From: Antedon mediterranea
Lineage: Eukaryota > Animalia > Echinodermata
NCBI RefSeq assembly: GCF_964355755.1
Contig: NC_092670.1
Coordinates: forward strand, 6,810,201 to 6,874,200
DNA length: 64,000 nt
Direction of reading: 5' to 3'
Position 1 is the stretch's first letter, and each line of letters starts with the position of its first letter. A program made the position numbers and the translations under genes. Below are positions 46,497 to 60,700 of the stretch, piece after piece. The notes beneath the pieces are model-generated. The model was not told the DNA's origin and ran no database searches. It worked only from the letters and a program-made list of their open reading frames with translations.

Positions 46497-49400
46497 TAAT
46501 AATAATAATAATAATAACTTTATTTAAAAACGGATGCAACACTTGAATCACCATATTGGTGTTTTTCACAAGGCCGTTACTTACTACAAAACTATTTATA
46601 CTATTTTTACATACTATTATTTAAATATATGTATATTAGGAGCTGTAATTGCATTTGAGTTTATAGCATTTAAACTATTACATAGCTTTGCGCCAGAATA
46701 CGAGAAACTTTTCTTTTTATACTCAGTGTTTGCCTTATGTAAACTTAGAATATCTTTTGATCTAGTATTATATGTTTGTTTGCGTTCATAGAACCTGTTT
46801 CTTAAGTAGGATGGTGTCAAGTTATTCATTATTTTATACATTGTGACTGCTTCGTTGTAATATTGTTTTTCTTCTAAATTAGGCCAATTTAAATCTTTGA
46901 GCGCCTGTGAGCTAGAGTCATACCTAGGTGTATGTGTAATTAGTTTAGCCGCTCTATTTTGGAGTACTTGGAGTTTATATTTGAGGGTTTGGTTACAACG
47001 ACCCCATACTACATTGCAGTAGTCAAAATGGTGGGCTATGATAGATTTTTACATTAATGATTGAATATTTTGGGGGAAAATATTGCTGCATTTTTTTAGA
47101 TAGTACAGACCTGATATTACTTTATTTTTCACCTGATCTATTTGTTTATGCCATTTTAAATTTTCATCGATAATGACACCTAAATGTTTACAGTTATTTA
47201 CTTTTTCAAGTTTTGTACCGTCTATATTAATATTAATATCCATGTTAATCAATTTATTTAATTTTTGATGTGTTCCTAAAATCATATATTCAGTCTTTTT
47301 AATGTTTAGACTTAATTTGTTACTTGCTAACCATAGTTGTACATGTTTTAGATCAGTATTTACTTTGCTTATTATATCGTGTATGTCTTTAGATGCATAA
47401 TATAACGCAGTGCCATCTGCGTACATGCTTACATTTACATGAGAAACTGAGTTAGGTAGATTATTAATATACATGATAAATAGAAGGGGCCCTAATATTG
47501 ATCCCTGAGGGATTCCACAAACACTATTAGACTTTACCGAATCAACATTGTTAATATTAGTAATATGTGTACGATTTGTTAAATAATTTTCAAACCATTT
47601 GATAACATGATTAGCAAAATTAAAATTGTGTAGTTTTTTTATTAGTATCTGGTGATTAACAGTGTCGAAAGCTTTTTGGAGATCAAGCATTATTAGTCGT
47701 TATGTATTTACCATTTTCAATACTGTCAATCCAATCTTCAGTTATATTTATTAATGCCGATGATGTCGAGTAATTTGGCCTAAATCCAGATTGTTGATTG
47801 TATAATTTAGGGTTGATTTGTGGATAGAGTTGGTCAAAGACAGCACGTTCAATAATTTTCGATAAAATTGGTAGTACAGAAATTGGCCTGTAGTTAGATG
47901 GTTCACTTCGGTCGCCATTTTTAAAAATTGGGCATATTCGTGCATTTTTCCATTTACTTGGGAAGTCGCTGGGTCTTAGAGATAAATTAATTAAAAATGT
48001 AATGGGTTGTACAATTGAGTTGATTGCTAATTTTATTAGTTTAGCAGGAATTTCATCAGTTCCTGTAGCCTTTTTGTCAGATAATGATAAAATTTGTTTA
48101 TATACATAATATTCCTCGTCAACAAGTGTGAAATTTATTTTGTCTTCACCTTGATTTGGGTATTCATAATTTACATGGTTATTTTCAAATTGAGGAATTT
48201 GTTTAGCTAGGTTAGGTCCTATGTTTGCAAAAAACTCATTTAAAGTATTAGCTATCTTGTAAGAATCTGTTTCAAGGCCATTTATTGTATTTATACTACT
48301 TATAACACTTTTTTTATTCTTAGATGGTACAATATATCTTATGTTTTTCCAGATTATTTTGGAATCTTTTGTATTTAATTGTTCAGAGAAATAATCTTTT
48401 TTTGATCTCCTGATATCGTAATTTACTTTGTTTTTTAATTCACGGTATTCGTTCCATAATTGAGGACAATTTTCTTTACTCGCTCTTTTTTTCATTGAGT
48501 CACGTTTTCGCATTTGTAATATTACATTTTTTGTGAGCCATGGGCTATCTTTATTTCGAACCCGTTTTTTCTTTAAAGGTACATGTTTATTAACAATTTG
48601 TAAAAACTTGTCTTCAAAAAACTGCAGAGCGTCATTCACATTTGTATATGAAGTTATTTCATGCCAATTTACATTTAACATATCAGTTTGTAGTTTTTCC
48701 TCATCAAGGTTATTATAGTTCCTTTTTGTTTTATATTTATGGTTATGTTTTGGTTTTTCTTCTTTACCAATGACAGCGTAAATAGTTGAATGATCACTAA
48801 TTCCTGTGTTAAGTACACCCGAGGAAGATATTCTGTTTGGAAAGGATGTATAAAAATGATCAATCAGAGTTTTATTTTCGTTTGTTATCCTTGTCGGTTC
48901 AGTTATAATTTGTGTTAGAAAATGGTTATTAGTTATATCCATTAATTTTTGTGTATAGCAAGTAGGGTTTTGTGAAAGTGTGTCACAATTGGCATCTCCT
49001 ATTATTATTATTTCTTTGTTTAGACATTCGTTTTCTTCTAAAATTTGTTCAAAAATATCTAAAAGTTGAATTTTTGAGTTTGGTGGGCGGTACCATGCTA
49101 TTAAAATGATTGGTTTAGTTTTTGGTTTTCAAAGTTTGATTACTACTATCTCAAGCTCCATTTTCATGAAATCATTTCTTAGTTTACCAGTAAAACATCC
49201 TCCTCTATTTACATAAACTGCAACCCCTCCCCCTTCCCTATTTCTGTCATTTCTATAAATATCATAGCCATCAATGTGTATTGATTCATCTTCAATTACA
49301 TTATCTAAACGTGTTTCATTGAGTGCTATGATATCAATAGAATTGTTGTTGATTAGATACTTAAATTCATCAAATTTGCTTGGTAGAGAAACTATATTCA

Positions 49401-49900
49401 ATCCTAGGATACTAAGACCATTATTTAAAAATACTTTACAATTTTCAGTTAAATTATTATGTTCATTTAGCGAACAGTTATGTTGATAGTTAATTGTTTC
49501 ATTTTTATTTGAATTGATCGTATATGTTAAATTTGAGGCAACTCCAGGTGGTATAATATCATTTATATAAGTTTGTTGAGTGTTCACCTCGTCATGGGGA
49601 TTTTGTTCCAATTCATTGTCATTAATGTTTTTTTGTACACAATGCAAAAAACATGTTTTCAGGAAGTCATTCAAGTCATTCTTTAAAAGTCATTCCGTTT
49701 AACAAATTGTTCACAACTCTCTTTATATCAAGATCAATTAAATTGAAATACGAATAATCATTACTGAAGCATAGTGATATGTACTTTTCATAGATTTTGA
49801 GGCTCCACTTTTTTATAGTAATTTTATCGTTGGTTGATTTTGACATATTATTCTTAGTCATTTCAATGCACTTCACATCAGACACTCCTGGGGTGATCCA
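46497..49900 (-). mobile_element. Decayed L2/Crack-like LINE (APE-RT, frameshifted)
   Basis: LNETRLD, RNREGGGV, SDH, NYRPISVL, DLQKAFDTV, GIPQGSILGP, YADG; AATAAA followed by (ATT)n tail. Confidence 0.85.
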
Positions 49901-50118
49901 ACTTTCTTCAGATATTTTAACTACAGATAATGTATCAGATACTTAAAGCCCGTTGTTCGGTTAAATGTAGAAATACACTAATCTTAGAAGCAATAATAAT
50001 AGTAGTTCTGAATCAGGATCGAGCGTTGAATCGTATTGGAGGCACAAACAATTGCACGAAGATAACATTTTAAGACTGCACATTTTAGAAGTTACAAATT
50101 GTAACGGATATAAAATAG

Positions 50119-50750
50119 GTGTTTGCATACTTTAAGAATTTTTGGGCACAACAGGTCAAACACTTACTCTTTTCTACTGGTTTTGGTTATATATGGTTAC
50201 AACAATATGTTAATGGTAAAGGTTTATTTTTGAGAGAATTTAAATTGCGCTTATGTGATATTGAAAAACAAAAATGCATTCAAAAATTTAGTTTACATAA
50301 TAAGTTAAGGCTCTTTTCTCTTGATAAAAAAGAAATATGTTTAAGTTATCACTTGACCAACATCATTAATTTTAAACAAAGAAGATTATTAACTAAGTTA
50401 CGTTTAGGGATATTAGAGCTAGAAATTGAAAAGGGCAGATGGGAAGGTGTAGAAAGATATAAGAGAACGTGTAAATTATGTAAAAAGAACATTGTTGAGG
50501 ATGAATATCATTTTATTTTGCAATGCACATTTTATAATGATTTAAGAAAAAGTTTTATTCCAAGATTTATTCGTGTTTTTCCTTCTATTAATAAGCTTTG
50601 TTTATTACTTTCCAACACAAATTTTACTTATAATTTAGGAAAATACGTCTAGTTTGCTTTTGAAAGAAGAAACCATTATCTTAAGTTATAGTTAATTTTT
50701 ATTTGTTTGTATTAGGGCCAAAGGCCAATATACTTTGAACCAATAAATTC
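50119..50750 (+). mobile_element. LINE 3' fragment with C-terminal CCHC finger (RTE-X-like)
   Basis: LEIEKGRW....RTCKLC....EDEYHFILQC; AATAAA ~50742; clade tentative. Confidence 0.65.
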
Positions 50751-50946
50751 CCTGAAAAGGGAAAGAAGTTTAATAATGTATTCATAGGATATAATATACT
50801 CATATTTCATAATAACTAAGACTAGAATGCACATTGTTGTCTCAGTTATTAATGATGACAGTTTTGAATGGTGTTCTTAGAAATTGGAACAATCCAACAA
50901 CGATATATCGAATGACTATCCATATATTATTATCAACATTGTTTAG

Positions 50947-51201
50947 ATCAAGAATCTCCAGATATTTTCAATTGTCCAATGGATATGATTGTTAACACAA
51001 CAACTGGTGAGGCATTTGCAATCAATGTCACATGGATGGAACCGACAGCAACTGATAACTCTGGAGATACTTCTGTACCAGTAGCAGACTACAGTTCTGG
51101 TGATAATATGTTTGTAATTGGTGACACAACAGTCCAGTACAATGTCTCGGATTCAGCTGATAACTTTAATGATGGCTGTAGTTTTGTTGTCACTGTTGAA
51201 G
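50947..51201 (+). CDS. Gene 2 HYR exon, type B
   Basis: Close paralog of gene 1 exons 6 and 9. Confidence 0.9.
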
Positions 51202-51346
51202 GTAAGTGAATGTACATTCTGGAAAGAAATTATTACCAATTCAGTCACATGACTTTTGTAAGTTCGTTGTTAATATAATCCTTGAAGTACTACTTTTTGG
51301 CAGACTTTCTGGCAACATGCATTTATGTTATTAACATAACAATTAT

Positions 51347-51391
<45 letters not shown>

Positions 51392-51392
<1 letters not shown>

Positions 51393-52010
51393 AATCCAAA
51401 GGCAAATTACTGAAAAAATGACAATGCTGTGGGTATCAGTGGCTGGATCTCAATGGAGATACAAAAATAAAAAGCGAAAAGCTAAATCAAAACGATAAAG
51501 TAAACAGCCAGAAAAGTTAGCAGAGCTTTCGGGCAACACTAGCTCTTCATCAGTGCAAGTGAAGGAATTTGGATAACGTCATAGTATAAAGCTGGCAAGT
51601 GCTGCCTGGGTGGACAGGAATAAAAGAAATATAACAAAGGAAGCCAGGGTGGAGTCTGAATAAGAGTAGAAAACAAAGAAGGTAGCTTGGTAGAGATATA
51701 AACAATTTTGGAATGAGACTAAAAAACAGCTTAAATGGTGGTTAATATTGAAACTTAAATTTTGGTAGTAAATGGAATAATGTTACCGATCTGGGAGTAT
51801 GTTCCTAATGTTAAGTCCAAAAGGTTTTAAGGTTTTGTGGTTTTAAGTAGTAATTCCCAGTGGTTTTCTTTGTCTTTGCGAGTTTTGTCGCTCCATTTGA
51901 CATCGTGGTCTATTGCAATAACTCTGAAATTTGCAATCGACCAGCTGAATTAAAATGTACGGCTACAGGTTGATCAAGCTTTAATGTTTTGATAGCTGAT
52001 CTATGTTGTA
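51392..52010 (-). mobile_element. Neptune-like Penelope fragment at (TA)n, with hammerhead-like motif at 51520-51556
   Basis: Reverse translation gives QHRSAIKTLKLDQPVAVHFN and KTLKPFGLN (GIY-YIG C-terminus); 3' region matches 7453-7655. Confidence 0.75.
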
Positions 52011-52734
52011 TATATTTCTTGTCAAATGTGATCTAGTTTTACCTTTCAAAGGAGAAATAGGCAGGATGTACAATAATTTAAAACTCAGTAAATTAGCATT
52101 AAAAAGGTAATATAGTAGATCCCCTATTAAAAGACGCTAAAGACAAATTGTGCTGTGTCAATATGAATCTAGGGTGCGCATCAGAATGTGAAAACGTGCA
52201 TGAGAGGGACATACACGTTGAACTCTGCCTGTCAATCTGTCGGCAGTTTATAAATAATAATGATAAATGAATTGGTAAATCATAGAATTATTAAGATGTG
52301 AAGTATAGTAAAACTACAGCTAATTAGGGACTTGAAATCAACACAAAAAGTGCACATGGTAATCGAAAACACTTTTAATTCAGAGGGCGAGCGTTGAGCA
52401 AATGAAACATTATTTTCGCAGGCCGGCATGGTTTATATATCCGGCCATGGCGGTACACAATAGATAAGGTTGCAAGGTTAATACGTGACGTAACAACAAC
52501 AACAACAATTCTGGAAAGTGATATCCTACCGTGTGTGGCCCATCATGGTAAATCAGTGTGCCAAATGTGAGCACGTACCATTCAGAGGTTTCGGATGAAA
52601 TGCATACGTGAAAAATTTAGTAGCATTAATATATAGAGAATTTAGTTTCTTTGTACTACATACATACTTTCTGTTTTTGTCTTATTTTCTTTTTAGAGAA
52701 GCCTAATATACTTTAAAATGTGTTGTTATATTAG

Positions 52735-53019
52735 ATAATGAACGCCCAGTTATTGACTGCCCAACAAATGTTACTTCAAACAATTACAACCAAACAAGGT
52801 TTGGTTTAATAGTTATTAGCAAGGATGAAGGAAATTCACTTGCCACGGTGACCTGGAACCCTCCTGTGACAAGTGACAATAGCAATGGAATAGTGACTGT
52901 AGTGTCATCACCTTATGAATCAGGTGACATAATACCAAGTGGTGTTCACACAATCACCTTTACAGCAACTGACCCTACTGGAAATAGTGACAACTGTGAT
53001 TTAAGTTTCCGGGTCCAAG
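52735..53019 (+). CDS. Gene 2 HYR exon, type C
   Basis: DNERPVIDCPTNV...TWNPP.TSDNS...FTATDPTGN..NC. Confidence 0.9.
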
Positions 53020-53047
53020 GTACAAGGTTTTCAAGAATTTAGTAAAT

Positions 53048-53088
<41 letters not shown>

Positions 53089-53337
53089 TTCAACATTTAT
53101 TAGTTTCTATCAATGGTAAAGCAATACAATAAAAAGAGTGGTAATTTATAATGAGACAATACAAAAATACCATTAATAGACGATCTTGCAAGAAGAGATT
53201 TCTTGTCACGCAAGACCCATATACAAAAATAAAAAAAATAAATGTGTATATAATTATATATAAAATAAAAATTCATGACAAAGTTTAAAGGTCTAGTGAG
53301 TACAATGATACTAAATGTTTTTTACTTTATTTTACAG

Positions 53338-53583
53338 GAGATTTCATGTTTGTGGCCAACGTTTTTCCTCCAGTATTGTATATGTCAAGTATAGGTTCCG
53401 GTAATGCCACATCTTTAACCTTTACTCCAGTAATTCAAAATATTCAACTAACCAGACCAGCGGCTATTGATTATGATGTCACCACCTCAGCGCTATACTG
53501 GTCTGACGTCTCCACGTCTTCAATTGAATATTATTCATTTGTCACAAAACAACACAAAGTTTTAGTTTCTTTTGAAACCGGAG
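53338..53583 (+). CDS. Gene 2 YWTD (LDLR class B) propeller exon 1
   Basis: P.AIDYD....LYWSD motif; tttacag/gtaag, phase 1-1. Confidence 0.85.
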
Positions 53584-55409
53584 GTAAGAACAAATAATTA
53601 TTTTCTATCTAGTAGGATAATTCATTTATAGTGTGGATTCCTTAAAAAAATAGGATTTCTTACCCAGTTATTGTTGGTATTACCAACAATAATTGGTTAA
53701 ACTTTAGTTATTAAGCTAGCTAAAATAACACAATCAACACATTTATGATTTTGGCCTACTTGTGACCATCAGCAAATTTACAATTTTTATATGATACAGT
53801 CTGTTGATTTTGATCTTGTATTTTTGCTAAAATATTTCCCTAAACTACTCACTACAACGCATAGGCCTGGACATCTTTGTGTACATCTTCTTTAGTTGTA
53901 ATAATACAAAATACTCTAGTTCCATACTACATTTATTGTACTAGAGAGTGCTCATGCTTTAGTAAGTTGAGACGATGATTATTGAAATTCTTTGCAATGA
54001 TAAACATTTATAATAGGCATACACAATAAAGAATCTTTATTGATCAGATAGAAAATGTGTTTTTTAGTATAATCTCTGTATAATTAGTATTGAAATGCTT
54101 TGTAACGATGTACATTTTTTATAAACTAGAGGTGCGCCCTCTATGAAGTGTAGACGATGGATCTCGGAATGTTAAATATTGACTCGGGTAAAAACCTCGG
54201 TTACCATATAATTATTGATGTTTGCTTTTCGTAAAAATAAACCTAATCTGCTTGTCAGTGTCTTTTTTAGACTAATTAAGATGAGGAATATGACATTTTA
54301 AAGTACTATGTTCATTGTTTGTGTTGATTCGAGGGAGACGGTTGTTTGTTGTAATATGGTGACATTTCATAGTAAAATAAATTCCCTAGGTATGGATAAA
54401 TATAACACCGTAATTAATATAATCAACAAGTGATAAATACAGTAAACAATTTTATCAAAATGCTTGGTAAATTGTAGATCAATACATTCTACTACAAATA
54501 TGATGTGGCGTTTTTTAGAGGAATGTCTAGGTTGAATATGTTCCAAATAAAATTTTATGGGAGAGGAGCGTTTATTCAAATAAATGCAGTAGACCTAATT
54601 GGTATAACCAATACATTATTTAGTTTAAATCTGGTAAAACGACCAAACACGACACATGACATGGGCCAACGCGCACCCCGGATCTAACGGCGGTACACCT
54701 GTATTCGTTATTTTTTGCAGTATGTTTTCATTTTGCATAAACTTCACGCGTGGCCTGTGAAAAAAGATCAATATGTATGTCACCGCCAATGGCAAACTTT
54801 GGATGGGAGCAAAAACTCGGAATTACATCAACCCGGAACTCAGTTATCGCGGACGGTTGAAAATCTACCGATGAAATCAGACGTTTTCTTTTAAAACCCT
54901 TTATAATATCTTCCTAAGAGAGAACATATCGTAATAGTAAACATTAATGTTATCAACTGTACGTTTCGCGGTACATATGAGATAGATAGGACAAGGTCAG
55001 ACTGTATGGAGAAAATTTAGTGAAGGTACTGTGAACTCATAGAGACTTTAAAAACGGGTTACGGTAAGCTACTGAAGTTACCTAGTTATAGCGAAAGCAT
55101 GATCTTTGTTACGAATAACGTTCCCTCATTTTATGAATATTGGAGGAACTCCATACATAGTTTTAAGAACAGAATTCATGACACTTATAATATAGTTGAT
55201 ATACTTCCACAATCCAACTTGCATCAGCGTTTGTGCAAATTGATATTTTAGGATATTTAGGTTTTTTTTGTGAAATATTCTATTGTTAATTTCCTGGTGA
55301 ATTTTTTTCATTTTCTGGTTTGTATGTTTTGTATGTATAATGAATATACTATTCGAAATAAAGGAAATGAATGGATGAATTGTGTTCAACTTTCTGACTA
55401 TTATGGTCA

Positions 55410-55666
55410 ACATGATCCAACCATTACAGGCTCCTCAGTGTGAAAACTAATCGATATGCCAAATCCTTTATTCCCTCCGGTATCATCCAGTACAACAGAA
55501 AGTCAAGAAGATAATTTTATCTTGTATTTTTTTTTATGTTTTTATATGAAAGGTTTTATGCTATATTTGTTTTTATTGTGTTTTCTTGTTATTATGACGA
55601 GCAATGAATTTCCTTTTTGAGGATCAATAAAAGTTATCTTATCTTATCTTATCTTATCTTATCTTA
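55410..55666 (+). mobile_element. Rex1-like LINE 3' end
   Basis: KTNRYAKSFIPSGIIQYN; aatttcc...ggatcaataaa followed by (TTATC)n tail. Confidence 0.6.
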
Positions 55667-56119
55667 TAGTCAAACAACACTCCTAGATAGGCCCTACTTA
55701 TTATTAACAATCTCTACTTCCTTTCCTTTAACGTATCCCGGAATCACAGTCAGCATTTTTTTTGAAAATCAATCCGCATTTCTTTTTATGTAATCGGTAA
55801 ATCGAATAATTATAATAATAGAGAAGAATTGTTGTGAATAATAATTCCAACCATAGCTGAGTCGTCCGGAAGTGTTATCATTGGACAACTCGAAGATATC
55901 GACCTAATATCTGACGTGTCCTGAGTAAACAAAAAAGGTGCCAGTACGGTACCTTGTAAGTTATGTGAATTAATGTAAATACAGATTATCTGTGATGTGT
56001 GTGCCTAACCAGAGTATTAAGTGTATCGTAACTGTTTAATCTTTCTCATGTAAATTTTTAGGTAAGTTTATTAAATAATGATTTCCTAATTTGTGATTAT
56101 AACATTTTATTTATCTCAG

Positions 56120-56282
56120 GGGTGTATGGTTTAGCTATTGATGGAATTGGAAATAAACTTTATTGGACAAGTACTTCAGAAGACAGAATTGAAGTAATAA
56201 ATTTGGATGGAACGGACAGAACAGTTCTTTTTGACATGAAATTGGCTGAGCCACGTGCAATTAAAATAGACACAGTAAACGA
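56120..56282 (+). CDS. Gene 2 YWTD propeller exon 2
   Basis: GLAIDGIGNKLYWTS...IEV.NLDG..R.VL...EPRAI; phase 1-2. Confidence 0.85.
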
Positions 56283-56604
56283 GTATGTAATGGAATTAAA
56301 TAATAAAAACTGGTTCGTTTTGTATCTTGTTTAACTCAATTTGGAGATAAACTGTTTCAATAAAAATTCCACTACGTTCTGAATGTCATAACATACCATT
56401 GCTATAGATGCATCAACACGGCGCATTTACTATTGAAGAATGTTAATGTGTTTCTCTGAATGTCATTAGTGATAAAACATTGGCATCTTTCAGTATAAAA
56501 TAAAATAAAACAACAACAATAGTAATAAGTAAGTAACAAATAGTATAGATCAACTTAAATCTTCATAAAGTAAGTAGTAATTTAATTTGTTAATTATAAA
56601 AAAG

Positions 56605-56741
56605 ATACTTGTATTGGACTGATCTTGGACCTGGAAATGAGATGATAGAGCGTGCGAAGCTAAATAACTTGAATGCCACTAGAACCGCCTTGGTGACGAC
56701 AGGACTTATATATCCAAACGGACTTGTTTTATCAGTTCCAG
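56605..56741 (+). CDS. Gene 2 YWTD propeller exon 3
   Basis: Absent from the ORF track; YLYWTDLG...IERA...L.YPNGL; phase 2-1; purine-rich acceptor. Confidence 0.8.
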
Positions 56742-57036
56742 GTAAGTTAGGAGAAACTATACATAATTATTGCATTGAGTCCAAGTGAAAAAATTAATTT
56801 GAAATGTTTTTTCAAGGAAAATTAATTTTAGTAATGGTAATAATAGCAATAGAGGATGGTTTAAACTATTTTTTTGTAAATTTTATTTGTGTAAACAGTT
56901 TAGTTTAGTTCGAGTGACAGACAAACAGAGAGACAAATAGATAGATAGATATTTTGTATAATTATATGCTTGTTGAAAAAAAATACCGAGATACAAACTA
57001 TTTTGTACAACATGCCACCGTTCTATTATTTTGAAG

Positions 57037-57282
57037 ATGGAAAGATGTATTGGTGCGACACAGGAACAGATAAAATTGAAGAAGCTAATCTTGATGGAAC
57101 GAAGCGAACAACAATATTAGATGTTAGATATGGAACACACCCGTTTGCTATCGACATTTATAAAAACTATATATACTGGTCAGATTTGATTGCAGGCGTG
57201 TATAAAGTTAATAGAAGGACTGGAATATCATCAATTCAAAGTGGCCGACTTAATCAACCAGGAAGTTTATACATTTTTACTG
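57037..57282 (+). CDS. Gene 2 YWTD propeller exon 4
   Basis: MYWCD....KIE.ANLDG..R...HPFAI.....IYWSD; phase 1-1. Confidence 0.85.
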
Positions 57283-57789
57283 GTAATACTTGTATTTGAT
57301 AAATATTTTAAAAAATCTATTTCCCACTGCAAGTTCCAATATAATAGCATAAACAGTATATTAAACCGAGTTAAAATATTCTATATTTTGTTCTAAAAAT
57401 TACTCTTTGGACTAAAAATACGTTATGAAAATATTTGTTTTGATATTAGGCTTGACACCCAAGTAATATAAAACTGATATTCTGACTTCAACACTTGCTA
57501 TAGTTTATGTAGACTACCTACAGCCACATATTCTGGTATGAGTATGGGGAGTATGTATAGCCATACTAACCGCATGTGATTTATTTTGATGTTCCGGTTC
57601 ATAACTTTTGCATCTAAACCGTATAAAACCAATTGCTATTAATTCATTAAAAACGATAAAGGTTAATGGTTAATACTGAATTCAAGCATCTTATTATGTA
57701 AATATACCTGTATTTTAACCACTTTAAACACCTACTTTTAATTTTTACAAATGTACTTATATGTATATAACTGTTAACCTACCTTCATG

Positions 57790-60700
57790 GAGAGCGGACA
57801 CGAATAAAATAGTGCTGCGGAAAGTGTCCTAAATCCGACCAAATTGGACTTTAATTACTAGTTATCGACCATATTGAGAATTATAGACGCACAGTCTCAA
57901 CGAATTATATATTTTGTGATTTATTTTGCTCTATTTTACTGGTTTTCGTAATTTTAAAACCATGACTACCACCGAGGCCAGTAGTAGACGAACCCGCAGT
58001 AGCCAACCGGACCAGCCACCTGTAGAAAATGAGGTAAACATGCATACTTTGCATGCATTGTTAACCAAATTAGACGCTGATATGAACTCCCGGTTTGACG
58101 CGCTAGCGTCTCAAATGACCAAGGTTAATGCAGACATTAAAGGCATTCGAACTGATATGGCCGACTTGGAGACAGTGGTGAAGCATATGGACAAAGATAT
58201 TCTTGAAATTAAGGAGGAAATCATACCAAAGTTGGAGTCGGAACTTAAGGATAAAATTCAAGAGCTGAATGCTAGCAGGTTAAAGTTGGAGTTTTACAGT
58301 AAAAAAGCAAATTTATTGTTCTTTAACATCCCTCAATCCAGTGCAAGTGAGGACACCGAGAATGTCCTACGGAAGATGCTGACCAAAGTAAACACCGCTG
58401 CTGACGATATCGAGTTTGCAAATGTCCACCGTCTGCCTACCAAGTCTGTAACGACTACTAAGCCCATCATAGCAAAATTTCTTAAAATGAAGGATCGCGA
58501 GGCCGTTTTGAATTACATTTTTCGCGCTAAGCTGAACATCGCTGGGAAACCGGTTGTTGCTGTTCCACATCTGCCTACAGCCATGCAACAGGAACGGAAA
58601 AGGCTCATTCCAATTCGAAACAAGCTGATAGACAGTGACAAGGTAATATGGAAAGAGAATTTGTAAATTGTTTACTATTCTTTTAACATTAACTCATTTT
58701 TTAACTTAGAAACGCCGGACGGTAGTCGTTTTATTTGCAATTTTCAACACTTAATTTATTTCATGAACTTCCCAACTGTTTAATGAACTTCCGTACTGTT
58801 TAGAATGAGAATCGTTTATTTTCCTTTATTTGTTGAACTACGCAAAGCCGGCAGTACTGTATGGAGTGAGAAACTGTAAATTGTTTGTATTTCCATTCTT
58901 ACATTAAGTAATTATTTCATAATTTTTAAAATGCAAGTAGTATGAGATTTCATTGATTTTTCTATCTGTCCACACGTTAAATTCAAACATCACATGTACC
59001 TTTCCCCAGTAACACATTGTTCTTGTCCTCTTCGTTTTTCACTTTTTGCCTAGATAAGTATATGTGTTTAAGTGTGTATAATATGTTATATGTTGGCATG
59101 GTACTCTTTTTTTTACATATATATTTCATTATGCGTTATACTTAATGACCTATTACATTCCATTTTATATTATTCAAGTAAATGACTAACTATTGTAATT
59201 GCTGTTCAAAAGACATTAGAAGTCATCAGTCAACGATTGTAATATTTGTAACTCTTTTTACCATACACATTGTATTTATACCGATGTTAATGCTAATGAG
59301 GACTGGTTTTGTTTTCAATGTACTGGAAATGTCTTTCCTTTCAACCATTACATTGATGACGATGAATTTAAATTTGCTTTATTCAGTCTTAATAATACCC
59401 TTGAATATAATAGAATGTTAAATCTGAAATTTAATCCATTTGTCTTTAACGATGTGATAAATAACTATAATAATTTAATTGATTATGACATACCACATTC
59501 ATGTTCTTATACCTTTGATCATAACATCTCAGCTACATGTGAAAAGGACTTTTCCATCTTACATATAAATCCACGAAGTTTCAATAAAAACGTTGATCTG
59601 ATTAGCACGTTCCTCACTAGTTTAAGGCATACCTTTTCGATTCTAACTTTATCAGAAACCTGGTTTAAAGAAGATGGTTCCAATTTAATCCACATAGATA
59701 ACTATAACTTGGTTAATACACCACGCTGTGGAAGAAGTAGTGGTGGTGTTGCTATCTATGTTCATAATACAATCTCATTTCGAATCCGGAATGATTTAAA
59801 ATTAATTGACAAACCGTCTGAGCACTTTGATCATTCTGAATCTATCTTTATCGAAATAACAGTTCCCGGTAGGAAAAACATTGTCGTTGGCAATATCTAT
59901 CGTGCTCATCGTACCAATATTGAAAAAAAATTTTATGATCTTACAAATTGTCTCACAAAAATTAATACTGAAGAAAAACAATGTTATATATCCGGTGATT
60001 TTGATCTTGACCTTCTACATTCTAATGACAATCACATTATTAATGAGTTCCTCTCTATTTTTTATAACCATAATATGTTTCCTCTTATCGATAGACCCAC
60101 CAAAATTACCCCTTCAACAGCTTCCTTAATTGATAAAATTTTCACTAACGTTTTTACTCATTATATAAAATCGGGTGTTGTTATTGCCGATGTTTGTGAT
60201 CATTATCCTGTTTACCAAATCACTAAATCAACTCCAATTAGCAACGCAAATACCTCGAATAAAATTCCCACTCGTTTATTTAACCAAACTAGAATTCAAC
60301 ACTTTTTTGAAAATTTAAGCTTGGTTGATTGGAGTTGTATTACTGATCTTGATTCTTCTGACCATGCATATAATGTTTTCATCCATAAATTCACAGAGGT
60401 CTACAATGTACATTTTACCATCTCTAAACATTCCAACAACAATTCCCGGCGTCGTTGTATTCCTCAAAAACCTTGGATTTCTTCGGCGATCCTAAAATCA
60501 ATAACTCGAAAAGATAAATTATACAAAAAGTATGCAAGTAACCCTACTGAATCCAACAAAACGTCTTATGTTAATTATCGTAATAAACTTACTTCTTTAA
60601 TAAGGATTTCTAAACAGCAGTATTATGCTGAAAAGCTTGAGGAAACAAAATTTAATTCAAAACAGACTTGGAATGTTCTCAATAACATTATGGGTAGACA

